64,000 nt of DNA from Candidatus Cloacimonadales bacterium (GTDB taxonomy: Bacteria; Cloacimonadota; Cloacimonadia; Cloacimonadales; JAFGVF01), in assembly GCA_963667035.1 (NCBI GenBank), contig OY762964.1:2656001-2720000 (forward strand). The letters run 5' to 3'. The notes beneath the pieces are model-generated. The model searched no databases. It was given only the letters and a program-made list of their open reading frames with translations, and was not told where the DNA came from. Positions within the stretch are counted from its first letter, which is position 1, and each line of letters opens with the position of its first letter. This document shows positions 1-10,153 of the stretch, one piece after another. The position numbers and the translations under genes were made by a program.

Positions 1-2
1 AA

Positions 3-1061
3 CAAATCTTCTCAAATGAACATGATTGTAAATATGGTGTTTTTTGCAATAGCGGGACTTCAGCTCTTCATATAGCTTTAGCTGCTCTTAAAGAAAAATA
101 CGGATGGAGTGACGGAGATGAAGTGATTGTACCGGCCACTACCTTTATAGCTACTTCAAATATAGTTATCCACAACAATATGGTACCTGTTTTTGTTGAT
201 GTTGATAGTAGAACATATAACATAAATCCAAGCTTAATTGAAGAAAAAATTACAGATAAAACCAAAGCAATGATTCCGGTTCATCTGTTTGGTATGCCGG
301 CAGATATGGACCCGATAATGGAAATTGCTGAAAAATACAATTTGAAAATCATTGAAGATTCATGCGAAACAATGTTTGCCAGATACAAAGGTAAAAGAGT
401 TGGCTCGTTTGGTGAGATTGCTTGTTTCTCTACCTATATTGCTCATTTCTTAGTTACAGGCATTGGCGGTCTTTGCACAACAAATGACCCTGACGATTTC
501 ATAATGCTGAGAAGTTTGATGAATCACGGTCGAGATTCAATCTATCTGTCCATAGATGATGACCGTAATATTACAAAAGAGAAGTTACACGAAACCATAG
601 ATAAAAGATTTAAATTTGTACGTTTAGGACATAGCTTCAGGGCAACAGAGCTAGAAGCTGCAATCGGTTTGGGGCAATTTGAGAAACGAGAATCGATTAT
701 TGCGAGAAGAAGAGAGATTGCGAGGAAGTTTATTCAGGGACTAAATGATTTGAGTGATTATATTCAGTTACCTTTTATACCAGAGAATGTTGAACACAAC
801 TTCATGATGTTCCCAATTGTCGTCAGAAAGGAATCAAAAACAGAGTTAATCAGATTCTTAGAAGATAATAATATTGAAACCAGAGATATGGTACCGCTAC
901 TTGATCAACCTGTATATGAAGAGATATTCAATATAAAAAGTAGTGATTATCCTGTTTCAGATTGGATATTGAAATCTGGTTTCTATATTGGTTCTCATCA
1001 GTTTATATCAGATGAAGAGATTGATTATGTGATAGAAAAATTCCATGAGTTTTATAATTAA
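3..1061 (+). CDS. DegT/DnrJ/EryC1/StrS-family PLP enzyme, His-type (ColD-like sugar 3-dehydratase); 5' truncated by the window
   Basis: The frame is open from base 3 (QIFSNEH...NSGTSALHIALAAL...GDEVIVP). Motifs are PVHLFG, EDSCE and FSTYIAHFLVTGIGG, with His where aminotransferases have Lys. Confidence 0.85.
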   Translation, partial: QIFSNEHDCKYGVFCNSGTSALHIALAALKEKYGWSDGDEVIVPATTFIATSNIVIHNNMVPVFVDVDSRTYNINPSLIEEKITDKTKAMIPVHLFGMPADMDPIMEIAEKYNLKIIEDSCETMFARYKGKRVGSFGEIACFSTYIAHFLVTGIGGLCTTNDPDDFIMLRSLMNHGRDSIYLSIDDDRNITKEKLHETIDKRFKFVRLGHSFRATELEAAIGLGQFEKRESIIARRREIARKFIQGLNDLSDYIQLPFIPENVEHNFMMFPIVVRKESKTELIRFLEDNNIETRDMVPLLDQPVYEEIFNIKSSDYPVSDWILKSGFYIGSHQFISDEEIDYVIEKFHEFYN

Positions 1062-1085
1062 AGAAGTGATAAATTTGGAGGAGAA

Positions 1086-2261
1086 ATGAAAGACAATAAG
1101 GATTTAGCTATTAATGGTGGCAAACCTGTATCAGAGAAATTTATTGTGATACATAAGCCATATATGATTGAAGAAGATTTTAATGCAGTTGATACCGTAA
1201 CAAGATCAACTTTCATCTCGGGTGATGGACCGGATTGCAGAAACTTTGAGAAAAAGATAGCTGAATATCTTGGAGTTAAACATGCCTTCTTCATGGTTTC
1301 TTGTACTGCAGCACTAGATTTGGCTCTTAGAGTTAAAGATTTTCCTGAAGGAAGTGAGGTAATTGTACCTAACTTTACATATACTTCTACTGCTTTAGCT
1401 CCTTTATTAAACAACTTAAAGCTTGTATTGGCTGATGTTGATCCCCAAACAGGTACAATAGATACAGATAAATTAGAATCATATATTACCGATAAAACTG
1501 TTGCTATCATGCCAGTAGATTATGCAGGTGTTCCTGCAGACTTAGATCCTGTGCTAGAGCTTGCAAAGAAATACAATTTGTTTACTGTTCATGACACTGC
1601 CCAATCCTTTGGTTCTGAATACAAAGGTGTTAAAACAGGTAATCAAGCGGATGTCTCAACATTCAGTTTCCACGCTACTAAGAATCTGGTAACCGGTGAA
1701 GGTGGAGCTTTAGTTACTAATGATGATGAAATAGCCGAGCGTATTAAACTTATGAGAGAAAAAGGAACTGATAAATATTCTTATCTTACTAACGCTACTA
1801 AGCTTGGATACTATGAATATGTTGATATTGGAAATTCATACGTAGCCTCCAATATTCTTGGAGCTCTTGGTGTTACTCAGATAAAGAAAATAGACTGGAT
1901 GAATAGTGAAAGAGATAAAATAGCTCAGTATTACATTAAAGAATTATCAGGAGTAAAAGGAATATCTATGCCGGTAATTCCTGAATATGCTAAAACAAAC
2001 TGGCACGTATTTTACATAAAACTTGAGACTTGTGATGTAAAATGGGCTATGGAAGCTTTGAAAGCAGAAGGTATTCATACAAATGTACACTTCTCCCCAT
2101 TACATCTCAACAAGTTCTATAAGAAATACGGAACTGATAAAGACTTCCCAGGGTCTGTAGACTTCTTTAAAGGATTGCTCAGACTTCCTATCTATCCTTC
2201 ATTAACAAAACAAGAGCAAGAATTAGTAGTGAAGGCAGTTAAAAAAGTTTTTGGTGCATAA
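1086..2261 (+). CDS. NDP-4-keto-6-deoxy-sugar aminotransferase (WecE/RffA-like)
   Basis: Motifs SCTAALD, PVDYAG, HDTAQ, FSFHATKNLVTGEGG (catalytic Lys) and REKGT. RBS GGAGGAG upstream. Confidence 0.88.
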   Translation: MKDNKDLAINGGKPVSEKFIVIHKPYMIEEDFNAVDTVTRSTFISGDGPDCRNFEKKIAEYLGVKHAFFMVSCTAALDLALRVKDFPEGSEVIVPNFTYTSTALAPLLNNLKLVLADVDPQTGTIDTDKLESYITDKTVAIMPVDYAGVPADLDPVLELAKKYNLFTVHDTAQSFGSEYKGVKTGNQADVSTFSFHATKNLVTGEGGALVTNDDEIAERIKLMREKGTDKYSYLTNATKLGYYEYVDIGNSYVASNILGALGVTQIKKIDWMNSERDKIAQYYIKELSGVKGISMPVIPEYAKTNWHVFYIKLETCDVKWAMEALKAEGIHTNVHFSPLHLNKFYKKYGTDKDFPGSVDFFKGLLRLPIYPSLTKQEQELVVKAVKKVFGA

Positions 2262-3448
2262 TGAAGAAATCTGTACTCGTATTTGGAGCCGGATTAAATC
2301 AATTGCACTTGATTCAGGCTGTAAATAAATGCGGTTATAATTCAATTGCAATAGACCCGGATCCCAATGCTATAGCTAAAAATGAAGCGACAAATTTTGT
2401 TGTTGTTGCTCCTAAAGATTATGAGAAAACTAAAGAAGTAGCAGAGAAATATAATGTTGATGGTATTGTTACTGCTCAAATGGAAAATCCTCTTATCTTG
2501 ATGGCAAGGCTTGCTAAAGAGATGGGATACATTTTCCCATCACAGGAAGCAATTGAATGTTCTAGAAATAAGTTCTTAATGAAACAAAAGTTCATTGAAC
2601 ACGGTGTACCGTGTGCAAAGGGATTTATCTCGCACGATTTAGGTGAAATTGAGAAGATGGATATTACATTTCCTGCGATTTTGAAACCGGCAGATGCACA
2701 TTCAAGTAGGGGTGTTTTCAAAGTAGAAAGTAAGCAGGAACTTAGGAAATATTACAATATTACTTCAGATTGGTCATCAGATAATTCAGTTATTATTGAA
2801 GAATTTATGACAGGTCAGGAATATAGTGTTGAAGTAATTGTATATGATGAAATTGTTACAGTTGTTGCATTTACTGAGAAAACAATTACCGATTATCCAA
2901 TGGCAGTAGAATTAATGCATATTCAGCCTTCGGAGTTATCTCAAGAAGTGAAAGACAAAGCTTGCAAGATAATACAAAAAGCGATAAAAGCATTAGGTAT
3001 AGATAATTCGGGATGTCATGTAGAGATTTTTATAGATAAAGATGATATTCGAATAGTTGAAATTGGAGCCAGATTGGGAGGGGATTTTATCTCTTCATAT
3101 CTTACTCTTGATTCATGTGGTGTGGACATGGACAAAGCTATTGTTGAAGTCTGCCTTGGAATAGAACCGGATTTAGTTCCTAAGTTTGATCGCTATAGTA
3201 TTGTAAAATATATTGTTCTGCCGGAGGGAAAAGTCATTAATAAACTACCTTCAGAAGATGAGTTAAGCTTTGAGTGGCTCAGAATGGTGCACTTCTTTTC
3301 GAAAGTTGGAGATAAGGTTGGAGAGATTACTAATAGTGCTATGCGAACTGGTTTTTATATCCTTTCAGCCACAACAAAAGAAGAACTGTTAGAAAGAATT
3401 GATATTCTTGATAATCAATTAGAATCTCTTATTGAACTTGGAGAATAG
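2261..3448 (+). CDS. ATP-grasp domain protein (carboxylate-amine ligase)
   Basis: Motifs NKFLMK, FPAILKPADAHSSRGV, IIEEFMTGQEYSVE and VEIGARLGG. Confidence 0.85.
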   Translation: MKKSVLVFGAGLNQLHLIQAVNKCGYNSIAIDPDPNAIAKNEATNFVVVAPKDYEKTKEVAEKYNVDGIVTAQMENPLILMARLAKEMGYIFPSQEAIECSRNKFLMKQKFIEHGVPCAKGFISHDLGEIEKMDITFPAILKPADAHSSRGVFKVESKQELRKYYNITSDWSSDNSVIIEEFMTGQEYSVEVIVYDEIVTVVAFTEKTITDYPMAVELMHIQPSELSQEVKDKACKIIQKAIKALGIDNSGCHVEIFIDKDDIRIVEIGARLGGDFISSYLTLDSCGVDMDKAIVEVCLGIEPDLVPKFDRYSIVKYIVLPEGKVINKLPSEDELSFEWLRMVHFFSKVGDKVGEITNSAMRTGFYILSATTKEELLERIDILDNQLESLIELGE

Positions 3449-3450
3449 AA

Positions 3451-4506
3451 ATGAGAATATTATGTGTCGATGGAGGATGGGTTGGTAATTTAATGAGTTA
3501 TCTGATGAAAGGGCTTCAAGAAAAGGGTGATACTGTTAAGATGTTCAAATACAAAGAACGAACAAGTATGCTCAAGAAACTTCATCTGAATCAGCTTACA
3601 AGAGTGAAGACTCTGATACATGAAAATTATATTAAAGTTCATAATGATGAGTTCATCAAAACAGCTTTGGAATACAAGCCAGAATTGATATTTATTTACA
3701 ATGAATCAAAAATATTACCTACTTCAATTATAAAAATAAAGCAGGAATTAGGGTGTAAGTTTGCATGTTATCTTGCAGATAATCCTTTTTCATCAGCGAG
3801 TGCAAAGAATCTTTCTTATAGCTTACCTCGCTTTGACATAATATTCTATGGAGATAGGATTTGGAAACAGAATATTCAAAATGTAGCCCCGGACTCAAAA
3901 CTTTTCTTTTCAGTAGATGGTTATGACAAAGATTTGTTTTATCCTATAGATCAATCAACAATTACAGATGAAGATATTAGAAAATACAGTTGTGATATAT
4001 CTTTTACCGGATCAGGGTATGGTGGTCGAGCAGAAGGAGCTTATAGGTCCGGGATTATCAGGCATCTCAAAGAGTATAATATAAAAATATATGGAAATGG
4101 AGGGTGGGATAAGATCGCAAGATACTTTCCGGAGATAAATGACTTCTTCAGCGGTGATCGGTTAAATTTTGAGGATTTGAAGAAGCTTTATACCCTTTCT
4201 AAAATTAATCTTAATATTCCTAATCCTCAGGTCTTCACAGCTTTCCAATCAAGGATTTTTGAATTGGCTGCTTGTAAAGCCTTTCAGATTATTGATTACA
4301 GACCTGAGTTATCAAACTATTTCTCTGATGATGAGATGGTAACTTTCAAGAATATTGATGAATTGAAAGAGAAAGTTAATCACTATCTAAGTCATGAAGA
4401 TGAAAGGAAGAAAATAGTTGAGAAACTTCATAATAAAGTTGTAGATTTATTCTCTTGGACTGATAGGGCTGAATGGATTCAGAAGGTGATTTATGAGAAT
4501 TGTTAG
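3451..4506 (+). CDS. Glycosyltransferase (CgeB/Glyco_trans_1_2-like)
   Basis: C-terminal SKINLNI...RIFELAACKAFQI, DISFTG, and operon context. Confidence 0.75.
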   Translation: MRILCVDGGWVGNLMSYLMKGLQEKGDTVKMFKYKERTSMLKKLHLNQLTRVKTLIHENYIKVHNDEFIKTALEYKPELIFIYNESKILPTSIIKIKQELGCKFACYLADNPFSSASAKNLSYSLPRFDIIFYGDRIWKQNIQNVAPDSKLFFSVDGYDKDLFYPIDQSTITDEDIRKYSCDISFTGSGYGGRAEGAYRSGIIRHLKEYNIKIYGNGGWDKIARYFPEINDFFSGDRLNFEDLKKLYTLSKINLNIPNPQVFTAFQSRIFELAACKAFQIIDYRPELSNYFSDDEMVTFKNIDELKEKVNHYLSHEDERKKIVEKLHNKVVDLFSWTDRAEWIQKVIYENC

Positions 4507-5152
4507 GGTGCTAAAAGAAGTCATCATTTCTCTAAGAAAACTTTATAAATTGGAAGTCATAAGAGATAATAATAAAACCTCTCGTATTGGTTCTGATTTG
4601 AGAATTCACAGTAGTGTTGTAATTGGTAAGAATTGCAAGATAGGTGATAATGTTAGACTTGGAAAGGGTGTGGTATTAAAAAATTACTCTGTTATTGGTT
4701 CAAATGTCTCTTTAGAGAACATAACTGTAGGAGAAAACTCAAGAATAGAAAGTAGAGTTGTTGCTGTCGGAAAAGGAACAGGAAGAATTACGATAGGAAC
4801 AGATTGTTATATTGGAATAGGTTGTATGCTCGATTTCAGTGACAGCATCAATATTGGAAATTTTGTGCACTTTGCCGCCTCCACAGGAGTATGGACACAT
4901 AGCTCTTATAAGATGGTACTGGCAGGACAAAGTGTTGATGAGGAAAACTCTTCATTAAGAGAAACATCTCCTGTAGAGATTGGCTCAAATGTTTATGTAG
5001 GTGCAAATTGTGTTATTTATCCGGGAGTTACCATTAAAGACTATTCAGTGATAGCACCTTGTAGTGCTGTAGCAAAAGATATTGATTCTAGAGAAATGGT
5101 AGGCGGAGTTCCGGCTAAATTCATTAAAAGGATATCAGAAATTGATCGCTAA
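4493..5152 (+). CDS. Hexapeptide-repeat (left-handed beta-helix) O-acyltransferase
   Basis: Repeated IG..x.IG hexads, PVEIGSNVYVGANCVIYPGVTI and VGGVPAKFIK. Confidence 0.85.
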   Translation: MRIVRVLKEVIISLRKLYKLEVIRDNNKTSRIGSDLRIHSSVVIGKNCKIGDNVRLGKGVVLKNYSVIGSNVSLENITVGENSRIESRVVAVGKGTGRITIGTDCYIGIGCMLDFSDSINIGNFVHFAASTGVWTHSSYKMVLAGQSVDEENSSLRETSPVEIGSNVYVGANCVIYPGVTIKDYSVIAPCSAVAKDIDSREMVGGVPAKFIKRISEIDR

Positions 5153-6674
5153 GAAGTTAACTTTTTCAATTGTAATGAAATTCTTACAACAGGGAATAGG
5201 TTATATTTCCCTATTTTTTGTTTCTAGATTAATGGGTCCGGAAGCTCTTGGAATTGTAGCCTTTGGTCTTTCCTATGTAGCTATGTTTGGAGCTTTTGGT
5301 ATTCCCGGTATAGGGGCAGCCCATTTGAAAAGAGTTTCTGAAGGAAATGACTTTGCCACTTGCAATGGCGTATATTTTACTTTAAAGACCTTGTCTGTTA
5401 TGCTGGTTGGTTTGTTGATTATTGGTTCAATATTTTACTCGAAATATATTAAAGGTGAGGCTTTTATAAGCCCGATACATGAGAAAGTAGTATATGTTTC
5501 ACTAATAGTCTATTTAGTAGATCAATTCTCTCTTATGTTCATTAACACTTTTACGGCAAGAAAAGAAGTAGCTAAAATAGATATAGGAAGAGTTCTCGGT
5601 AAATCTATAGCTGTTATCTGGAAAGTGATTGTTGCATTTACCGGTTTAGGTATAGTTTATTTAGCTGTTGGAAATCTCTTGAACAGTATTGTTATTCTAC
5701 TATTTTGTCTATACTTCTTTAGGAATTATCCGGTTGCTAAACCAAATAAAAAACTTTTTGTAAGCTACCTAAAATTCGCATTAGCAATAATGTTTATAAG
5801 TTTTTTAGAGACTTATCTAAGAAATTTAGATAAGGTTATGATACAATTCTTTGCCAATTCTACTCATGTTGGATATTATACGGGAGCCAAAAGTATTTCT
5901 TTATTGTTGTCATCCATTACAGTTGCTACAATAGGCTTGTTGTATCCGACAATCTCGTACTATTGCTCGAAGAAGAAGTTCGAAGAAGTGAAGATATTAT
6001 CTTTGAAAGCTGAAAGATATTTAACAATGGTTGTTTTGCCTATATGTGTACTAATGAGTATTTATGCGAAGCAAATTGTTACAATTATTCTAGGAGCAAA
6101 GTTTGTAGATAATACTCCGGCAATATTGATACCACTTTCCTTTTTAGTGTATACTCAATCAACAGTGATCTCTTTTAAATACCAGATAGTGGGAGTCGAT
6201 AAAATGAGGTTAGCTTTAGTGCTATCGGGTATAATGCTAATACTTAACATTATTTTCAACGTTATCTTTATTCCTTCTGAATGGATGGGAGTTAAGTTGT
6301 TAGGTTGGGGGGCTCAGGGTGCTGCCTATGCAACTCTAATCTCATCAATCCTTGGATCATTAATGTTTAGATACTATTCGTGGAAAATCTCAGGGGTTTT
6401 TGGCAACAAAGTTGTAGTAAAGCATTTCATTGCAGCCCTTCTAATGACAGTGACTTTATTAATATTAAACAGATACATACCGGGTAAATACTTCCTTGAT
6501 ATGATTATTGGCAGTGTTATAGGAACATTGATTTATTTATCAATATTATGGGTATTCAAAGAGATAGATAAAAATGAAGTAAAGTTTTTCCTAGATTTAA
6601 TCAACCCCAAATCATTACATTCTTATGCAAAAGAAGAACTTAAAGAAGGGTACATTGAAAAGTATAAAGACTAG
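5142..6674 (+). CDS. Wzx-type polysaccharide flippase
   Basis: Many hydrophobic segments, RLMGPEALG, DKVMI...VGYY and GAAYAT. TTG start overlaps the upstream stop. Confidence 0.88.
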   Translation: MIAKKLTFSIVMKFLQQGIGYISLFFVSRLMGPEALGIVAFGLSYVAMFGAFGIPGIGAAHLKRVSEGNDFATCNGVYFTLKTLSVMLVGLLIIGSIFYSKYIKGEAFISPIHEKVVYVSLIVYLVDQFSLMFINTFTARKEVAKIDIGRVLGKSIAVIWKVIVAFTGLGIVYLAVGNLLNSIVILLFCLYFFRNYPVAKPNKKLFVSYLKFALAIMFISFLETYLRNLDKVMIQFFANSTHVGYYTGAKSISLLLSSITVATIGLLYPTISYYCSKKKFEEVKILSLKAERYLTMVVLPICVLMSIYAKQIVTIILGAKFVDNTPAILIPLSFLVYTQSTVISFKYQIVGVDKMRLALVLSGIMLILNIIFNVIFIPSEWMGVKLLGWGAQGAAYATLISSILGSLMFRYYSWKISGVFGNKVVVKHFIAALLMTVTLLILNRYIPGKYFLDMIIGSVIGTLIYLSILWVFKEIDKNEVKFFLDLINPKSLHSYAKEELKEGYIEKYKD

Positions 6675-6691
6675 TACTGGAGCAAATCGTA

Positions 6692-7936
6692 ATGAAGCAT
6701 AGATTTATTTATATTTTACCACAGTATTGGAAAACTATTACTGAATCCCAAATTATAGGTTGGTTAGAGAAAGACTATCAAAACGGCTGTCCTTTTTCCT
6801 GCATTAGCTTAGTTAGTGATGAATCGAAACTGATAGATAAGGATAAGAAGAAGAGTATCGAAGTAAGAATCGGCGGTACCTACTCTGAATTTGTTTTCGG
6901 ATCAGGTTCTTTTATAGCTAGAGATCGAAAGATTTATGCTTATTTAAAGCAATTACTTGAAAAATCTAACAGTGATGGAGTTAATATCGTTTTCATCTCT
7001 AGAATCTCTTATGTTGGTAGTGTAATGAAAAAGCTTAAGAAGTTATTCAATTTTAAGTATATTTATGATGAAAGAGCATCATATATAATTGAATACGATT
7101 ATAATAATCATAGTCCGAAACTTAAAAAATTCCTAAAGATTAAGCTAAAAAGAATGCTTGTGAAGAAGTATGAAACAAATTGCCTAAAAGCTTCAGATTT
7201 AATATTTTCAGTGTCTACTAAATTAATTAATTACGCTGCAAGAGAATATAAAGTTGATAAAGCTAAGTTTGTACTTATGCCCGGTGCTGTAGACTCTGAG
7301 CAATTTAAGTTTAATAATGAATTAAGAAGCAAACTAAGAGCAAAATACAATATTGAAGATAAAATAGTTGTTGTTTATGCTGGGAAATTGGCAAGGCAAT
7401 GGCAAAAATCGGAGACTATGTTTCAACTCTTGAGTAATCTAATTGAGCAGGATAGTCGCTTTATGTTTTTAGTTTTAACTCCAGACTTAGATATTAGTAG
7501 TAATCTTAAAGAAAGATACGGTATCCCGGATGAAAATCTTCTAGCATTCAGTCTTGCTTATGACCAAGTTCCGTCATACTTAAGTATTGCAGATTGTGGA
7601 TTACTACTAAGAGATAATCTTCCGATTAATAATACTGCTTCACCAACTAAATACTGTGAGTATATTTGTAATGGGTTACCAGTGGTTACCTCTAAAGGTG
7701 TTGGGGATTACTCAGATTTTACAAAACTAAATGAGTTAGGATATGTCATAAGTGACTTTGAGTCAATTGAAGAAGAAACCAAGAGCATTTTACAGTATAT
7801 ATGTAAAGTTTACAATGATATGGAACAAAGAAGACGAATTGAGAATATTGGAAGAACTAATTACTCAAAAGAGATATTTATGAATAGAAGAATTGCTACT
7901 TATAAGCGACTAACTAATCAAACAGATAAGGAATGA
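6692..7936 (+). CDS. Glycosyltransferase family 4-like (GT-B)
   Basis: Motifs VYAGKL..WQK and SPTKYCEYICNGLPVV. Confidence 0.8.
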   Translation: MKHRFIYILPQYWKTITESQIIGWLEKDYQNGCPFSCISLVSDESKLIDKDKKKSIEVRIGGTYSEFVFGSGSFIARDRKIYAYLKQLLEKSNSDGVNIVFISRISYVGSVMKKLKKLFNFKYIYDERASYIIEYDYNNHSPKLKKFLKIKLKRMLVKKYETNCLKASDLIFSVSTKLINYAAREYKVDKAKFVLMPGAVDSEQFKFNNELRSKLRAKYNIEDKIVVVYAGKLARQWQKSETMFQLLSNLIEQDSRFMFLVLTPDLDISSNLKERYGIPDENLLAFSLAYDQVPSYLSIADCGLLLRDNLPINNTASPTKYCEYICNGLPVVTSKGVGDYSDFTKLNELGYVISDFESIEEETKSILQYICKVYNDMEQRRRIENIGRTNYSKEIFMNRRIATYKRLTNQTDKE

Positions 7937-9039
7937 ATATGAAGAAAGTGCAGTTAATTGTTGGTGCCAGACCTAATTTTATGAAGATGGCTCCCTTATA
8001 TAAAGAGCTAGAAAGGTCAGACAAATTTGAAGTGAGTCTTGTTCATACAGGACAACATTATGATGAAAGAATGAGTAAACAATTCTTTACTGAGTTATTG
8101 TTACCGGAACCTCATATTTATTTAGGAGTGGGGTCAGGAACACATGGCTATCAAACAGCAAAAATAATTGAAAAATATGAAGCTGCAATCATAAATGACA
8201 GACCTGATTTAGTTTTAGTCGCCGGAGATGTTAATAGTACTATAGCTTGTGCACTAGTGGCAAAAAAATTGAACATAATGGTTGGGCATATTGAAGCGGG
8301 ACTAAGAAGCTTTGATATGAGAATGCCGGAAGAGATAAATAGAATACTGACTGACTCAATTAGCGATTTATTGTTTACCCCATCACTTGATGGCAATGTA
8401 AACTTAGAGAAGTCCGGGGTAGATAGAAATAAAATCTTCTTTGTTGGTAATATTATGATTGATTCTTTAGTTAATTTTATGGATAAAGCCAATAATTCTT
8501 CAATATGCAAAGATCTGGGACTTAAGAAGAATCATTTCTGTTTAGTAACTCTACACAGACCTTCAAATGTAGACGATAAGCATAATTTAGAATTAATTTT
8601 AAATGCTTTAAAAACAATATCTGAGACTATTGATGTTGTTTTTCCAATGCATCCAAGAACAAAGAAGAATATTGAGAAATTAGGATTATCTGAATTGATT
8701 GAATCAATTTCTAATATGCACGTAATTCCTCCTGCTAGCTATCTTGATTTTATGAAATTGCAGATGGATGCAAAATTTATTGTAACGGATTCCGGAGGAG
8801 TACAAGAGGAATCAACATTCTTTAATATCCCATGTTTGACATTGAGAGAAAATACCGAGAGACCAATTACAATAACTGAAGGTACAAATAAATTGGTCGG
8901 ATTGGATTATGACAAAATTGTGTATGAGTTTAATCAAGTTATTAATAATGAGTCAATACAGGCAACAAAACCAAAATACTGGGATGGCAAAACTTCTGAA
9001 AGAATTGTAAAGATTCTTGAAGATTTGATGTTTGTATAG
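7933..9039 (+). CDS. wecB: UDP-N-acetylglucosamine 2-epimerase (non-hydrolysing)
   Basis: Motifs GARPNFMK, HTGQHYD, HIEAGLRS, MPEEINR, TLHRPSN, TDSGGVQEE and RENTERP. Confidence 0.95.
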   Translation: MNMKKVQLIVGARPNFMKMAPLYKELERSDKFEVSLVHTGQHYDERMSKQFFTELLLPEPHIYLGVGSGTHGYQTAKIIEKYEAAIINDRPDLVLVAGDVNSTIACALVAKKLNIMVGHIEAGLRSFDMRMPEEINRILTDSISDLLFTPSLDGNVNLEKSGVDRNKIFFVGNIMIDSLVNFMDKANNSSICKDLGLKKNHFCLVTLHRPSNVDDKHNLELILNALKTISETIDVVFPMHPRTKKNIEKLGLSELIESISNMHVIPPASYLDFMKLQMDAKFIVTDSGGVQEESTFFNIPCLTLRENTERPITITEGTNKLVGLDYDKIVYEFNQVINNESIQATKPKYWDGKTSERIVKILEDLMFV

Positions 9040-10153
9040 GATAATGTACACTGGAGATGGTTTGAAAGTTCTCATAATTATTAGTAGTCTGCAAGCAGGT
9101 GGAGCAGAGCGACAATGTGCGGAATTATTGAAGGAATTATCGAATGAGCCAAGCATTGAGGTAACTCTTATTCTATTCAATAATATCATTGAATATGAAG
9201 CTGTTAAATCGTTACCAATAAACATTGAAGTACTTTCTAAGCAAGATAAGAATATTGTAAAATTGCTATCAGAACTTAGACATAAGATTAATAAAATTCA
9301 TCCTGATGTAATTCATACATGGTTACCAACTGCTACATTATATACTGTAATTGCTAAAATGTTAATGAGATATAAACTTATAAATGGGATGATTAGGTAT
9401 GGTAAGCCGATTAAAAGATTCTCTAAGTTATGGACTTATGGTTTAATAACTTTTCCTTTATCATCACATGTTGTGGCTAACTCTTTTGCGGGTTTGAGAG
9501 CCCATAATTTGATAACCAACAAGAAAAATTGTGTTATATATAATGGACTTGATATGAATCGGTTCAAAATTGATAAAAATAGTTCTAGTATAAGAAAGCA
9601 ACTTAATGCAGAAAATAAGATTATTGTTGTTATGGTCGCTAATTATGGAGATACTAAAGATTATCATTTACTGGTAAAAGTAGCAGAAAAACTAGAGTCA
9701 GTTAATAACGATATTTTGATTATGTCTATCGGAGAAGGGAAGAACTATAATAGTATAAAAGATTTGATTCTGAGTAAGAAATTAAGGAATTTTGTTCAAC
9801 TTGGGCGTAGAAATGATATAGAAGAGATAGTCGCTACTTCGGATATAGGTATTCTACTAACTAATACTAATTCAGGAGCTGAAGGACTATCTAATTCGAT
9901 GCAAGAGTATATGGCTTTAGGAAAACCTGTGATAGCTACTAATTCAGGTGGCAATCCGGAGTTAATAAAGGATGGAGTAAACGGGTATTTAGTAGCACCA
10001 TTTTCAAAAGAAGAAGTTGTAGATAGAATCCGAATTTTGACTGAATCAACTGAGCTTCGCAAGAAGATGGGTGATACTTCGATTCAGATAATCCAAAAAG
10101 ATTTTAGCAGTTCATCAATGGCAAAAAGATATATAGATTTATATGGTAAATAA
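9032..10153 (+). CDS. Glycosyltransferase family 4
   Basis: Motifs GGAER, IYNG and EGLSNSMQEYMALGKPVIATNSGGNPELI. The start may be the ATG at 9044. Confidence 0.88.
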   Translation: MYRIMYTGDGLKVLIIISSLQAGGAERQCAELLKELSNEPSIEVTLILFNNIIEYEAVKSLPINIEVLSKQDKNIVKLLSELRHKINKIHPDVIHTWLPTATLYTVIAKMLMRYKLINGMIRYGKPIKRFSKLWTYGLITFPLSSHVVANSFAGLRAHNLITNKKNCVIYNGLDMNRFKIDKNSSSIRKQLNAENKIIVVMVANYGDTKDYHLLVKVAEKLESVNNDILIMSIGEGKNYNSIKDLILSKKLRNFVQLGRRNDIEEIVATSDIGILLTNTNSGAEGLSNSMQEYMALGKPVIATNSGGNPELIKDGVNGYLVAPFSKEEVVDRIRILTESTELRKKMGDTSIQIIQKDFSSSSMAKRYIDLYGK

